This document shows, piece by piece, positions 1 to 8,637 of a stretch of 55,432 bases of DNA. The translations under genes and the position numbers were made by a program. The DNA comes from a virus. Its lineage: Duplodnaviria > Caudoviricetes. Under the pieces are notes generated by a model. It had not been told where the DNA came from. It was given only the letters and a program-made list of their open reading frames with translations, and did not search any database. The stretch lies in the IMG/VR virus record IMGVR_UViG_3300047378_000870, positions 1-55,432 of that record; one strand, 5' to 3'. How positions within the stretch are numbered: the stretch's first letter is position 1; every line of letters begins with the position of its first letter.

Positions 1-897
1 TGTTTGCTTTTCTTCTTTCAATAGCTCGGCATCTAAGTCCGAATATTGGTCTAGCATGTCCTCCAACAGTTCTACATCGAGGAAGTTAATATCTAACTCT
101 GTAAATTCGAGATAATCTCTTTCTAGTTCTTCTTCTGTGAGTAATTGCTCATCAAGAAAGTCTATGTCAAGAGGATTGAGATTCTTACTAGCATTGACAT
201 CAGTGTAAAACTCATCTAATGTCATACGTTCTTTGGGTGGGTTTATGATAAGTATATTATCAAGCATGTCTAGCGTTAGGTCTAGAATAGCTGGATTGCT
301 AGGAGGCATCTCCATGACAGATGTGGTTGTAGATTGAAAGGGCTTGTTCAATATAACCTCACCTGCCATGGTTGAGACAATGATTTCTCCAGATGATATA
401 CCATTAACATCAGGAAGGAGTATGACGAGAGTGCGTCCAAACTCATCAACAGTAACAGTAAAGTCAGTTCCCCGTATGCCGATTGCGGCAGTTGGAGTTC
501 TCAACCTAATGTTTTCCTTCTCGATAGTTCCTAACTTACCTGTGATAAAACGCGCTGTTCCTTGGGCAAAAGTCATCGCGAGGTCAGACTTTTTCGGATC
601 ATCATCGAATACCACATTGTCTATAACGATACGTGTGTGTTCAGTCATGCGCAATTTGCTTTCATCAACAAACCGCACTTGCATACGACCTTCGCCAGTG
701 CGGAGATCGTCTTTGGAAATTACGTCAGAACCTTTAGCGGGTTCTAACTCTTTCTCCTCCCGAACTATTTGTCGCCAGCCGACAGCCCTATCGACTAGCC
801 CAACATCCTTACTGGCAGCCTGTTGCTGTGCCAGAATCAGATTGACTAATACAAATGTCAGAAGATGTAGTCGATGTGCCTGAACCTGTAACTTCAA
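1..897 (-). CDS. FecR-domain exported protein (3' end runs off the window)
   Basis: Not in the ORF track. Manual translation from TTG at 897 gives MKLQVQAHRLHLLTFVLVNLILAQQQAASKDVG...DLRTGEGRMQVRFVDESKLRMTEHT...IRLRTPTAAIGIRGTDFTV, a FecR-type signature after a signal-peptide-like N-terminus. An in-frame TGA lies just upstream of the TTG. Confidence 0.8.
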   Translation of the reverse strand, partial: MKLQVQAHRLHLLTFVLVNLILAQQQAASKDVGLVDRAVGWRQIVREEKELEPAKGSDVISKDDLRTGEGRMQVRFVDESKLRMTEHTRIVIDNVVFDDDPKKSDLAMTFAQGTARFITGKLGTIEKENIRLRTPTAAIGIRGTDFTVTVDEFGRTLVILLPDVNGISSGEIIVSTMAGEVILNKPFQSTTTSVMEMPPSNPAILDLTLDMLDNILIINPPKERMTLDEFYTDVNASKNLNPLDIDFLDEQLLTEEELERDYLEFTELDINFLDVELLEDMLDQYSDLDAELLKEEKQT

Positions 898-1543
898 TGC
901 TCAAAGTATCCTTCTGTAATGTTGATTGTTGGTCGATCGTGAGGTCGTTATAATTACCAGCACCTAAGATCGTATGTTCGTGACCGTCATAGCCATCGAG
1001 GTCGATGGTAAGACTGTTGTTGTCACCAGTCCAATCAATATCACTTGTTGCACTACCAACATCGATTTCAACATCAGCTGAGTTGAAGTCACCGTCGACA
1101 GCCCAATCAAGGTCTAAGTATCCAGCTGCGTCGTTAGTTCCGACATCAAGGTCAGCTGTGTTGTTTCCACCTGTGATACTGATAACATAATCGCCATTAC
1201 TAGCACCAAAAGTGTTAGTTGGATCGACACTAAGATTCAGTGTGTTTGTGTTTCCATCGATGTCAAGGTCAAAGTTAATATCGTCACCGACAATATTACC
1301 CAGAACTTTGTTTGTGTCACCGACTGCATCGATACTAAGATTGATGTTGTCCCCATCAATCAGCATCTTTGTGTCGTCAGTGTCATTTGCACCAATTTTG
1401 TTTCCGTCACCGTCTTGAGTAACGTCGATATCTACACCAGAACCTACTTGGTCAATATAGATCGCATTATCAGCCCATACAGGCGATGTCCCTGCGTTTA
1501 CGAGGAACAGCATTACAAAGATTCGTTTATGTAACGTGTTCAT
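809..1543 (-). CDS. Curlin-like (CsgA/CsgB-like) secreted repeat protein
   Basis: Signal peptide ending VWA, then NAIYIDQVG..IDVTQDGDGN and many xDxxGxxN repeats; directly downstream of csgG. Confidence 0.75.
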   Translation of the reverse strand: MNTLHKRIFVMLFLVNAGTSPVWADNAIYIDQVGSGVDIDVTQDGDGNKIGANDTDDTKMLIDGDNINLSIDAVGDTNKVLGNIVGDDINFDLDIDGNTNTLNLSVDPTNTFGASNGDYVISITGGNNTADLDVGTNDAAGYLDLDWAVDGDFNSADVEIDVGSATSDIDWTGDNNSLTIDLDGYDGHEHTILGAGNYNDLTIDQQSTLQKDTLSIEVTGSGTSTTSSDICISQSDSGTATGCQ

Positions 1544-2355
1544 TAGTTTACTCCGTTGTATGTCCAGAAGCCTAGAGCATTGCCCCGCTCAATCACTTCT
1601 AAGACGCCAGTTTCAATTGCTCTTTGCGTGGCAATCGATACGCTTTCATTACGAGCAACGCCTGACTCTATTTCGACGAGTTCAGTTCCTTGCTCGATAA
1701 ACTTAAATACATCCCCACCGTATGCCGTGGATAGTATAGTTTTGCTTGCTATCACTTCAAGCAACACTTCGCCAGTCGCTACACTCACAAGACGAATGTT
1801 TATCGTCACTGTGTCTCGACTGAATTCCCTACTAGATCCGATACCGAGATATCTTGCTCCAGCACCACCAGAATCAATGGCATGGTCGTAACCAACTATA
1901 CCACCTGTGATAATCATACCTGCAAAGGTAAGAGCAGGAAGTTTCTTCGCACCCTCACCTTTATAACTCTGTCGCGTCTGTCTAATCAACTGACGCTCTT
2001 TGGTCAGATCGTCCAACACTTGGCGATCGATGACTCTAAAAAACTTTCCTTCAGCTGCACGTGTCAATGCCCTTATCAGATATACATCTGGAGCCTGTGT
2101 AACTGCAGTGCTAAATGACGTTCCGCCACTAGCGTTTTGTTTCTTCTGTCCCGTCTGATCAGTGAATCTATACACTGCTACAGATGGCTGTCTTATTGGG
2201 GGATGTATGTCTTTCAGCTGTTGTTCAAGTAATGTTAGTTGAACCGTTGCTTTCTCGACAACAGGTATCTCCCAGTCCTTCCCACTCCAGGAAGTGCAAC
2301 TAGATACCAAAGTCCCCAATAGGAACAGTAATGACAGTGACTTTACCCGTTTCAT
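1543..2355 (-). CDS. csgG: Curli secretion channel lipoprotein CsgG
   Basis: Lipobox LVSSC; motifs VAVYRFTDQTGQ, FSTAVTQ, LTKERQLIR, GGAGARYLGIG, VSVATGEVL. Confidence 0.93.
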   Translation of the reverse strand: MKRVKSLSLLFLLGTLVSSCTSWSGKDWEIPVVEKATVQLTLLEQQLKDIHPPIRQPSVAVYRFTDQTGQKKQNASGGTSFSTAVTQAPDVYLIRALTRAAEGKFFRVIDRQVLDDLTKERQLIRQTRQSYKGEGAKKLPALTFAGMIITGGIVGYDHAIDSGGAGARYLGIGSSREFSRDTVTINIRLVSVATGEVLLEVIASKTILSTAYGGDVFKFIEQGTELVEIESGVARNESVSIATQRAIETGVLEVIERGNALGFWTYNGVN

Positions 2356-2821
2356 CGGTGATTGTCAACTCCACTTCTTCGTCATCTTTGACATATACTA
2401 TGCCTGTGCCTTCAATATCAAAAGATCCCTCGTTCTGAGGATTCTCTCCGAACATATTCTCAACTAACTGCCTAGATAAAGTAGAATAGATTCTGCTTTC
2501 AACATTCCGTATAAATTTTGCGAGCGTTGTATTTTTAGCGTCTCTTTCAGCTTGTTTTGCTAGGTCTTCGATTTCTTGTTTCAATGCTTCTTTGCGAGAT
2601 GTTTCTTGATTTTCAATTGTTAGGTAGTGTGAAGATTGGTTCACACCATTAAATGATGGTGAGTTAAATCCAAACTCCTTTGGTGCACTCATAGCATCTG
2701 TTGCCCAGAATACTATAACACCAACTGCTACACCAGCGATAAACGCCTTCCACAAATCTACGCCTGACCAGATATTTGGTCCAACTGATTTACGAAGCAT
2801 GTCTTTACTCTTCTGTTTCAT
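2300..2821 (-). CDS. csgF: Curli assembly protein CsgF
   Basis: FGFNSPSFNG after a hydrophobic segment, ESRIYSTLSRQL, C-terminal ITDETGKVTVITVP; adjacent to csgG. Start uncertain (ATG 2821 chosen). Confidence 0.85.
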   Translation of the reverse strand: MKQKSKDMLRKSVGPNIWSGVDLWKAFIAGVAVGVIVFWATDAMSAPKEFGFNSPSFNGVNQSSHYLTIENQETSRKEALKQEIEDLAKQAERDAKNTTLAKFIRNVESRIYSTLSRQLVENMFGENPQNEGSFDIEGTGIVYVKDDEEVELTITDETGKVTVITVPIGDFGI

Positions 2822-3056
2822 CTTCCTGCCTCTTAACTTCAATCGCCGTATCTAATTTTTGTTGTAGTCGGATAATGTCGTTATCCAACATACGAATACG
2901 GTCTATCAATCCTATGAGAGTTGTGTGCGCTGCTCCGAGACTTGTTTCGATCTTCTCTGTGATGGTTTTCCATACAAAGTAAATCATATACAACATGCCT
3001 ACAGCTGCCACGATTGGGAAGCCAAAGTCTTTGATGGCTGTTACTACATCCATCAA
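2805..3056 (-). CDS. Small membrane protein, YvrJ/holin-like (GFPI motif, TM, coiled coil)
   Basis: DFGFPIVAAVGMLYMIYFVW TM segment followed by an amphipathic helix; paralog of the neighbouring gene. Confidence 0.6.
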   Translation of the reverse strand: MMDVVTAIKDFGFPIVAAVGMLYMIYFVWKTITEKIETSLGAAHTTLIGLIDRIRMLDNDIIRLQQKLDTAIEVKRQEDETEE

Positions 3057-3334
3057 TCTCTCCTTGCGTCAGTTTTACCGTCGGCTCGGGATATTCTATT
3101 GAGGTCAGGTCGGATCCCTAACACAACACACATGGTCGTATCGAGACGAATCAGGTCGTGATTCATAGTCTTGACACGATTATCCAGTGCACCCACGATT
3201 CCGTGAATACCCTTCACTTGGTCAACCACACCAGCCATGATATATTTGAGGGTAAGGAACATGAAGAAGCCGCCAATGAGTGCGGCTGCGATAGGAAACC
3301 CCAACTCACCGATGAGGTTCATTACTTCAGTCAT
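3053..3334 (-). CDS. Small membrane protein, YvrJ/holin-like paralog
   Basis: ELGFPIAAALIGGFFMFLTL TM; LDNRVKTMNHDLIRL parallels LIDRIRMLDNDIIRL. Start placed at ATG 3334 after a purine-rich tract; the ORF track starts at 3373. Confidence 0.6.
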   Translation of the reverse strand: MTEVMNLIGELGFPIAAALIGGFFMFLTLKYIMAGVVDQVKGIHGIVGALDNRVKTMNHDLIRLDTTMCVVLGIRPDLNRISRADGKTDARRD

Positions 3335-3361
3335 TTTCTCTCTCTTTGCACCACATTTATC

Positions 3362-3390
3362 TTGACATTTCAAGCATAATATAGTAGAAC
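3362..3390 (+). promoter_or_regulatory. Putative sigma70-type promoter for the rightward island
   Basis: TTGACA (3362-3367), 17 nt, TAGAAC (weak -10); SD AAGGAGG upstream of ATG 3412. Confidence 0.5.
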
Positions 3391-3398
3391 TATTTATA
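3391..3398 (-). promoter_or_regulatory. T4-type late promoter driving the curli-like operon
   Basis: TATTTATA on + equals TATAAATA on -, intergenic, pointing into the csg genes. Confidence 0.7.
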
Positions 3399-3411
3399 AG
3401 GAGGACTAATT

Positions 3412-3756
3412 ATGACACATACTATTCAACGCTCTGTGCCTGTTTACAAGCATAAGCAGAAGAAAAAACCAGGACATGCAAAGGCGAAGGCAGAACATGA
3501 GAAATTTTTGGCGAAAATGGGTTTATCTGATGTTGGTTCTCGCGTTGCTAAACGCGGTTCTGTGGTGGAACTACCTAGCCGCATGGAACGACGAGGAGTT
3601 CAGACCTCCGATACCATACCCGCATCAGCTGGAAAAAAAGATTCTAACGTATATACAGGGGATCTGATTAAGGGTATTGCTACTATGCATAAATCTAATG
3701 CAGTGCCTGTGATAAATAAAGAGCAGGCAACCGATATTAGTAATATGAGAAGATAG
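3412..3756 (+). CDS. Conserved T4-like phage hypothetical protein (basic)
   Basis: Strong SD; C-terminal YTGDLIKGIATMHKSNAVPV motif recalled from T4-like phage hypotheticals. Confidence 0.65.
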   Translation: MTHTIQRSVPVYKHKQKKKPGHAKAKAEHEKFLAKMGLSDVGSRVAKRGSVVELPSRMERRGVQTSDTIPASAGKKDSNVYTGDLIKGIATMHKSNAVPVINKEQATDISNMRR

Positions 3757-4373
3757 TGGAAATCAAAGCCGAGACCCTTGCAGACTGGATGAAGTTCATT
3801 CGGTTTCACCCCGACCTTGCTGAAAGATTTATGGACTGTTTCTGGGAGAGTCAACTCACCAGTAAGAGTCACTTGTTATATGCGCTCGAGGATTTTACCG
3901 ATCTGGGTAATGTTTATATTTTCGGTGGATGGTATGGTATCCTCGGAAAGTTATTAGAAGATTCATACAACTTACAAACACAAGTTATCGTCTCTATCGA
4001 TAAAGATCCAGTATGTGATTGGGTGATACGCAATCTATACAGCCAGCCGAGTAAGGTTGTTGGGTTCACGCATGACATGCAACACTTCCAGTATTCAGAA
4101 GAACACCCTCCACATACTGTGATTAACACCAGCACTGAGCATGTAACTCAAGAGGTATATGAGACTTGGTGGAAAAATATACCAGCAGGAACTTTGTATG
4201 CATTGCAAGGTAATAATTTCTGGGATGACCCAGAACATATTAGGTGTGCGCATGATATTGAAGAATTTAAAAAGATTAATTTGTGTGAGAATGTCCAGAC
4301 CGAGTTTTCATTCCCATGCGGTGGTCCAAATAATTCCGAGTTCCAGAGGTTTATGGTTGTTGGTGTAAAATGA
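3756..4373 (+). CDS. SAM-dependent methyltransferase-like protein
   Basis: VYIFGGWYG motif I, SIDKD motif II, VINTSTEH. Confidence 0.65.
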   Translation: MEIKAETLADWMKFIRFHPDLAERFMDCFWESQLTSKSHLLYALEDFTDLGNVYIFGGWYGILGKLLEDSYNLQTQVIVSIDKDPVCDWVIRNLYSQPSKVVGFTHDMQHFQYSEEHPPHTVINTSTEHVTQEVYETWWKNIPAGTLYALQGNNFWDDPEHIRCAHDIEEFKKINLCENVQTEFSFPCGGPNNSEFQRFMVVGVK

Positions 4374-5089
4374 TTACATTGATCACAACTTATTTTGAAG
4401 ACCCTCATCGTTTAGAACATTATCTTGAAAATGCATTCAATGAAGATGTATTCGATGAGTTTATTATCGTTGATGATGGTTCTCCGAATACACCAGCATA
4501 TGACATTGTAAAAAAATACATTAATAAAAACGTATCACTTTTTAGGGTAAAAGATGATATTGGATTCAACTCACACGGTGCTAGAAACTTAGCAATGAAG
4601 CATGTTAATACTGAGTGGGCATATATGGTAGATATAGATAGAGGGGATATCTTTGATTACTCTAAAATATTGCAAAGATACTGCCTGACAGCAAAAGATG
4701 ATGAATATTTCATTTCTCATTTAGAACATAAAGGTGAAGTGACACATAACGATTATTGCGTCAGAACAAAAAGTTGGTGGACTAGCGGTGGGTATGATGA
4801 AGAGTTCACTAATTACCATTTTGGCGATAGGATGTTTATAGATCGTTTAAATTTATTTTTGAAACCCACAATTATCCCTTATTGTATTAAATCAACCAGA
4901 GAAGCCAGAAAATTTGAGTATTATGATGGCTCTAAAACTGTATATCCCGATGATGATACTGTCATTCATCCTCATGTAGATAAGAAAAAATTGAAAGAGA
5001 TAATTGACAAGGTTGGCATGCGTAATGATAATCCTAATCTATGGCGAAGAGATAATATAATTCAGTTTGAATGGGAACAGTTATTATGA
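4370..5089 (+). CDS. Glycosyltransferase family 2 (GT-A)
   Basis: FIIVDDGS, GARNLAM, DID (DxD), GGYDEEF. Confidence 0.85.
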   Translation: MITLITTYFEDPHRLEHYLENAFNEDVFDEFIIVDDGSPNTPAYDIVKKYINKNVSLFRVKDDIGFNSHGARNLAMKHVNTEWAYMVDIDRGDIFDYSKILQRYCLTAKDDEYFISHLEHKGEVTHNDYCVRTKSWWTSGGYDEEFTNYHFGDRMFIDRLNLFLKPTIIPYCIKSTREARKFEYYDGSKTVYPDDDTVIHPHVDKKKLKEIIDKVGMRNDNPNLWRRDNIIQFEWEQLL

Positions 5090-6483
5090 GTGATCTAGAT
5101 AGGGCATTAATGCTTCGTGATGCGATGAATGATGTTTTTAGTGAAACTTTTTGTTTTGCTAAGTGGTATCACACAACTATCTACTTGCACACAGGTATGA
5201 CACATTCTTGTTATCATCCTGCACCACACAAGATACCTCTAGAGGGTCTTGATAAAAACCCCAGCCAGCTTCATAATACACCGCATAAAAAACAAGAACG
5301 AAAACAGATGTTGACTGGTGAGCGTTGTGTCGGTTGCCAGTATTGTTGGAATGTTGAAGATATGGGAGAGGATTATATTTCCGACCGTGTTATAAGGTCA
5401 GCATCTCTTTGGAAAGAAGGACGCAAAAAAGAAATACAGGATAATCCTTGGGACTTCGATGTAAACCCTGATTATATTGAATTGGCATTTAGTAATGAAT
5501 GCAATTTTAAATGTGGGTATTGTCACCCCATATCAAGTTCTTCATACACGCAAGAGATTAAGAAGTTTGGTCCATATGATATGGTTGAGAACCACAGACT
5601 TGATATTGATTGGTTCAAGCCATTTGACGAGGGTGATAATCCATATATTAAAGCATGGTGGGAGTGGTGGCCAGAGGTTTCAAAAACTTTGAGAATTCTA
5701 CGGCTGACAGGCGGCGAACCGTTGATGCATAAATCTACTTGGCGTTTGTTTGAGGAGTTACATAGAAATCCATTACCACACCTTGAGTTAAATGTAAACA
5801 GCAATATGGGTGTGAAAACTGCATTTGTTGAAAACCTAGCTGCAAATGTAAATCTAATCAGAGAGAAAAATGCTGTCAAACAGTTTGCTCTTTATACAAG
5901 TATTGATTGTTGGAATGAACGAGCAGAATATATTAGAACAGGTCTGGACTTAGAGTTGTGGGAAAAGAATATCGATATCTTCGCAACACAAGCTAAGACT
6001 CCAATCAATCTTATGATTACCTTCAATGCTCTTACTGTATCTACTTTTAAGTCTCTTCTTGAAAAGATTTTAGAATGGCGTAAGAAGTATGATGGTGTTA
6101 TCATTCCCACAAGCGACTCACAAAGAACTATTCGCTTCGATACACCATATCTAAAAGAACCCTTGCATTATGATATGAATATCTTGCCGAAAGACGAGTT
6201 CATGCCATATATGACCGAGTGTCTCGAATATATAGAGTCTAATGTCGATGACAATGACCCAACTATGTTTCAAACAGTTGAGTATGAGAAGTTTCGTCGT
6301 GTCCATGATTATATGAAGACAAGCGACTATGGTGAAGAAAAAATTAACGAAGGTCGTAAAGACTTTTACAATTGGTTTAATGAGTATGATAAGAGAAGAA
6401 ATACAAACTTCTTAGAGACGTTTCCCGAATATGAAGATTTTTATAACAGGTGTCGCAGGATTTCTGGGCAGTCATCTAGCTGA
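5086..6483 (+). CDS. Radical SAM protein with N-terminal twitch/SPASM-like Cys cluster
   Basis: CNFKCGYC (CxxxCxxC), LTGGEP; N-terminal FC..KW..SCYH..CVGCQYCW. Start at ATGA overlap with the GT2 stop. Confidence 0.88.
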   Translation: MSDLDRALMLRDAMNDVFSETFCFAKWYHTTIYLHTGMTHSCYHPAPHKIPLEGLDKNPSQLHNTPHKKQERKQMLTGERCVGCQYCWNVEDMGEDYISDRVIRSASLWKEGRKKEIQDNPWDFDVNPDYIELAFSNECNFKCGYCHPISSSSYTQEIKKFGPYDMVENHRLDIDWFKPFDEGDNPYIKAWWEWWPEVSKTLRILRLTGGEPLMHKSTWRLFEELHRNPLPHLELNVNSNMGVKTAFVENLAANVNLIREKNAVKQFALYTSIDCWNERAEYIRTGLDLELWEKNIDIFATQAKTPINLMITFNALTVSTFKSLLEKILEWRKKYDGVIIPTSDSQRTIRFDTPYLKEPLHYDMNILPKDEFMPYMTECLEYIESNVDDNDPTMFQTVEYEKFRRVHDYMKTSDYGEEKINEGRKDFYNWFNEYDKRRNTNFLETFPEYEDFYNRCRRISGQSSS

Positions 6484-7456
6484 TAGATTTTTAGCGGATG
6501 GACATACAGTAGTTGGTGTTGATAACCTCATTGGTGGTTTTGTCCGCAATGTCCACGATGATGTGAAATTTACTAAAGCAGATTGTCGCGATCAGAATCT
6601 TATGAAGTTTCTGATTGATGACTCAGATGTAGTTGTCCATGCAGCTGCTACAGCACACGAAGGGCTGTCAGTATTCAGCCCATCTTTCATCACCAAGAAT
6701 ATCTATGAAGCGAGTGTCTCGATGATAAGCGCATCGATCGCTGCTGGTGTTAGGAGGTTCGTGTTTTGCTCAAGTATGGCACGTTATGGTAATCAAGGGT
6801 TGCCTCGCGATAGTGGTGTTCATATTGAGTTTAGAGAACACATGAAACCACAACCCGAAGATCCATATGGCATTGCTAAAGTTGCAGTCGAACAAACTCT
6901 CAAGATGCTGGCGGATTTGCATGGCATGGAATGGAATATTGCTGTTCCTCATAATATTGTCGGTGAGCGTCAACGCTACGATGACCCATATAGAAATGTT
7001 TTGAGTATTATGGCTAACCGCAACCTACAAGATAAACCATCTATCATTTATGGTGATGGTGAGCAGATGCGTTGTTTCTCATATGTAGGTGATTGCGTTG
7101 ATTGTTTAGAAAAGATGGTAACTGATCATACGATAAGAAGTGAAATCATTAATATTGGACCAGATGAAAACCCTATCACTATAAACGAAGCAGCTAAATT
7201 GGTAGCGAAAGCAGCTGGTGCTAACTCTCCGCCGATATATTATCCTGATAGACCACAAGAGGTAAAGATCGCTACATGTAGCAGTGATAAAGCAAGAAAA
7301 CTATTGGGGTATGAGACAAAGACCACCACAGAGGAAGCCATACAAAAGACTGTAGATTACATCAAACAGAATGGACCAAGACCCTTCGATTATAACTACA
7401 ATTTAGAAATAGTAAATGATTTGACACCTGTCACTTGGAAAGATAGGTTGATGTAA
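6431..7456 (+). CDS. NAD-dependent nucleotide-sugar epimerase/dehydratase
   Basis: ITGVAGFLGS, catalytic YGIAK, GDGEQMRCFSYV. Confidence 0.92.
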   Translation: MKIFITGVAGFLGSHLADRFLADGHTVVGVDNLIGGFVRNVHDDVKFTKADCRDQNLMKFLIDDSDVVVHAAATAHEGLSVFSPSFITKNIYEASVSMISASIAAGVRRFVFCSSMARYGNQGLPRDSGVHIEFREHMKPQPEDPYGIAKVAVEQTLKMLADLHGMEWNIAVPHNIVGERQRYDDPYRNVLSIMANRNLQDKPSIIYGDGEQMRCFSYVGDCVDCLEKMVTDHTIRSEIINIGPDENPITINEAAKLVAKAAGANSPPIYYPDRPQEVKIATCSSDKARKLLGYETKTTTEEAIQKTVDYIKQNGPRPFDYNYNLEIVNDLTPVTWKDRLM

Positions 7457-8637
7457 TGAATTTTATGTTTGAAGATTTTTCCACTATGGAAAATTTTATT
7501 GGAAGCGACACGTATGTTAATTCTTGCCAGAGTAGATTTCAAATATGCCCAATGATTAATACAATGTTGAGACAACAACAAGTATCAGATATAATTACAC
7601 ATACAAATAGCAATTATCTGATTCCTGTTGGGGTGAATGGATCTATACAACAGTGGGCGAAAGGTGATTGCACGCATCGGGCAGGGTCGCGCTTCCCGAA
7701 ACGCAGTGGGGCAGACTCTCTGTTTAATTACCTGAGTGATAAGTATCTCGTAGATATGAGAGAGGGTCGCGCAATACTCTTAATTGATTTCTCTCTTGAA
7801 GGTTATCATGAAGACTGGTTGTTTGAATGGTTTCACGATCAATTTAAACTTTTTAATATACCTGCTGCTTCAGTTGTTTATACAGTTGGTAATACGTTGA
7901 TTGCTGAACAATATGAAGAATACTCTAAATCCCTGCCAGAAAAAATGAAATGTATTCCATATACAGGATTTGAAGAATTTATATACACAGTTTCGGCAAA
8001 GCAAGAGCAAATAACAGTAGATAAACATATAGAGTATAAAGAGAATAATGAAACTTGGGCGTTTAACTGCCCTCAAAAAAGAGCAAGACCGCACAGAAAA
8101 CAATTTTTTAAATTACTCAAACAATATAATCTAGTTAACAGAAACTTATGTAGTTTTCCCGATGAAGGAAATTTTATCTTAGGTGAAGAGCACGAAAAAG
8201 AAACAGGGTTTTACATTAATAGAATACATCCTGATTACTGCCTAAAGACCTTTGTAACGGTTGTGAGCGAACCTCAATTTTATGAGGCAGAATTATCTGT
8301 CTTTAACAGTGAAAAGGTGTTTAAGCCAATCGCTTGTTCTCACCCATTCATAGTATTGGGTGGCAAGGGATCTTTACAAAAAATGAGAGATAGAGGTTAT
8401 AAAACCTTTTCAGATTACTTTGACGAATCTTATGACGAACTACCAGATACTATGAGAATGGAAGCGATTATTGATGTTTTATATGAAATTGAATCTATAA
8501 AAGATAAGGTTGAATGGTTTGAATCAATGAGACCCATTTTAGAACATAATAAAAAGCAACTAAAGATAAATTCTACAAAGCCTGATGTTGCCGTTGTAGA
8601 ATTGGAAAAATATTATAAGGAGTATTTTGGTGAGTAA
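7456..8637 (+). CDS. Hypothetical protein with GT-B/GT10-like C-terminus
   Basis: SEKVFKPI..HPFIVLG...GYKTFSDYFDESYD resembles the fucosyltransferase-like SEK motif. Confidence 0.45.
   Translation: MNFMFEDFSTMENFIGSDTYVNSCQSRFQICPMINTMLRQQQVSDIITHTNSNYLIPVGVNGSIQQWAKGDCTHRAGSRFPKRSGADSLFNYLSDKYLVDMREGRAILLIDFSLEGYHEDWLFEWFHDQFKLFNIPAASVVYTVGNTLIAEQYEEYSKSLPEKMKCIPYTGFEEFIYTVSAKQEQITVDKHIEYKENNETWAFNCPQKRARPHRKQFFKLLKQYNLVNRNLCSFPDEGNFILGEEHEKETGFYINRIHPDYCLKTFVTVVSEPQFYEAELSVFNSEKVFKPIACSHPFIVLGGKGSLQKMRDRGYKTFSDYFDESYDELPDTMRMEAIIDVLYEIESIKDKVEWFESMRPILEHNKKQLKINSTKPDVAVVELEKYYKEYFGE

Noticed and set aside
344-883. 179-aa + strand ORF and other short + ORFs across 344-3379
   Set aside because: They are antisense shadows of the FecR and csg genes, which carry recognisable motifs on the - strand.
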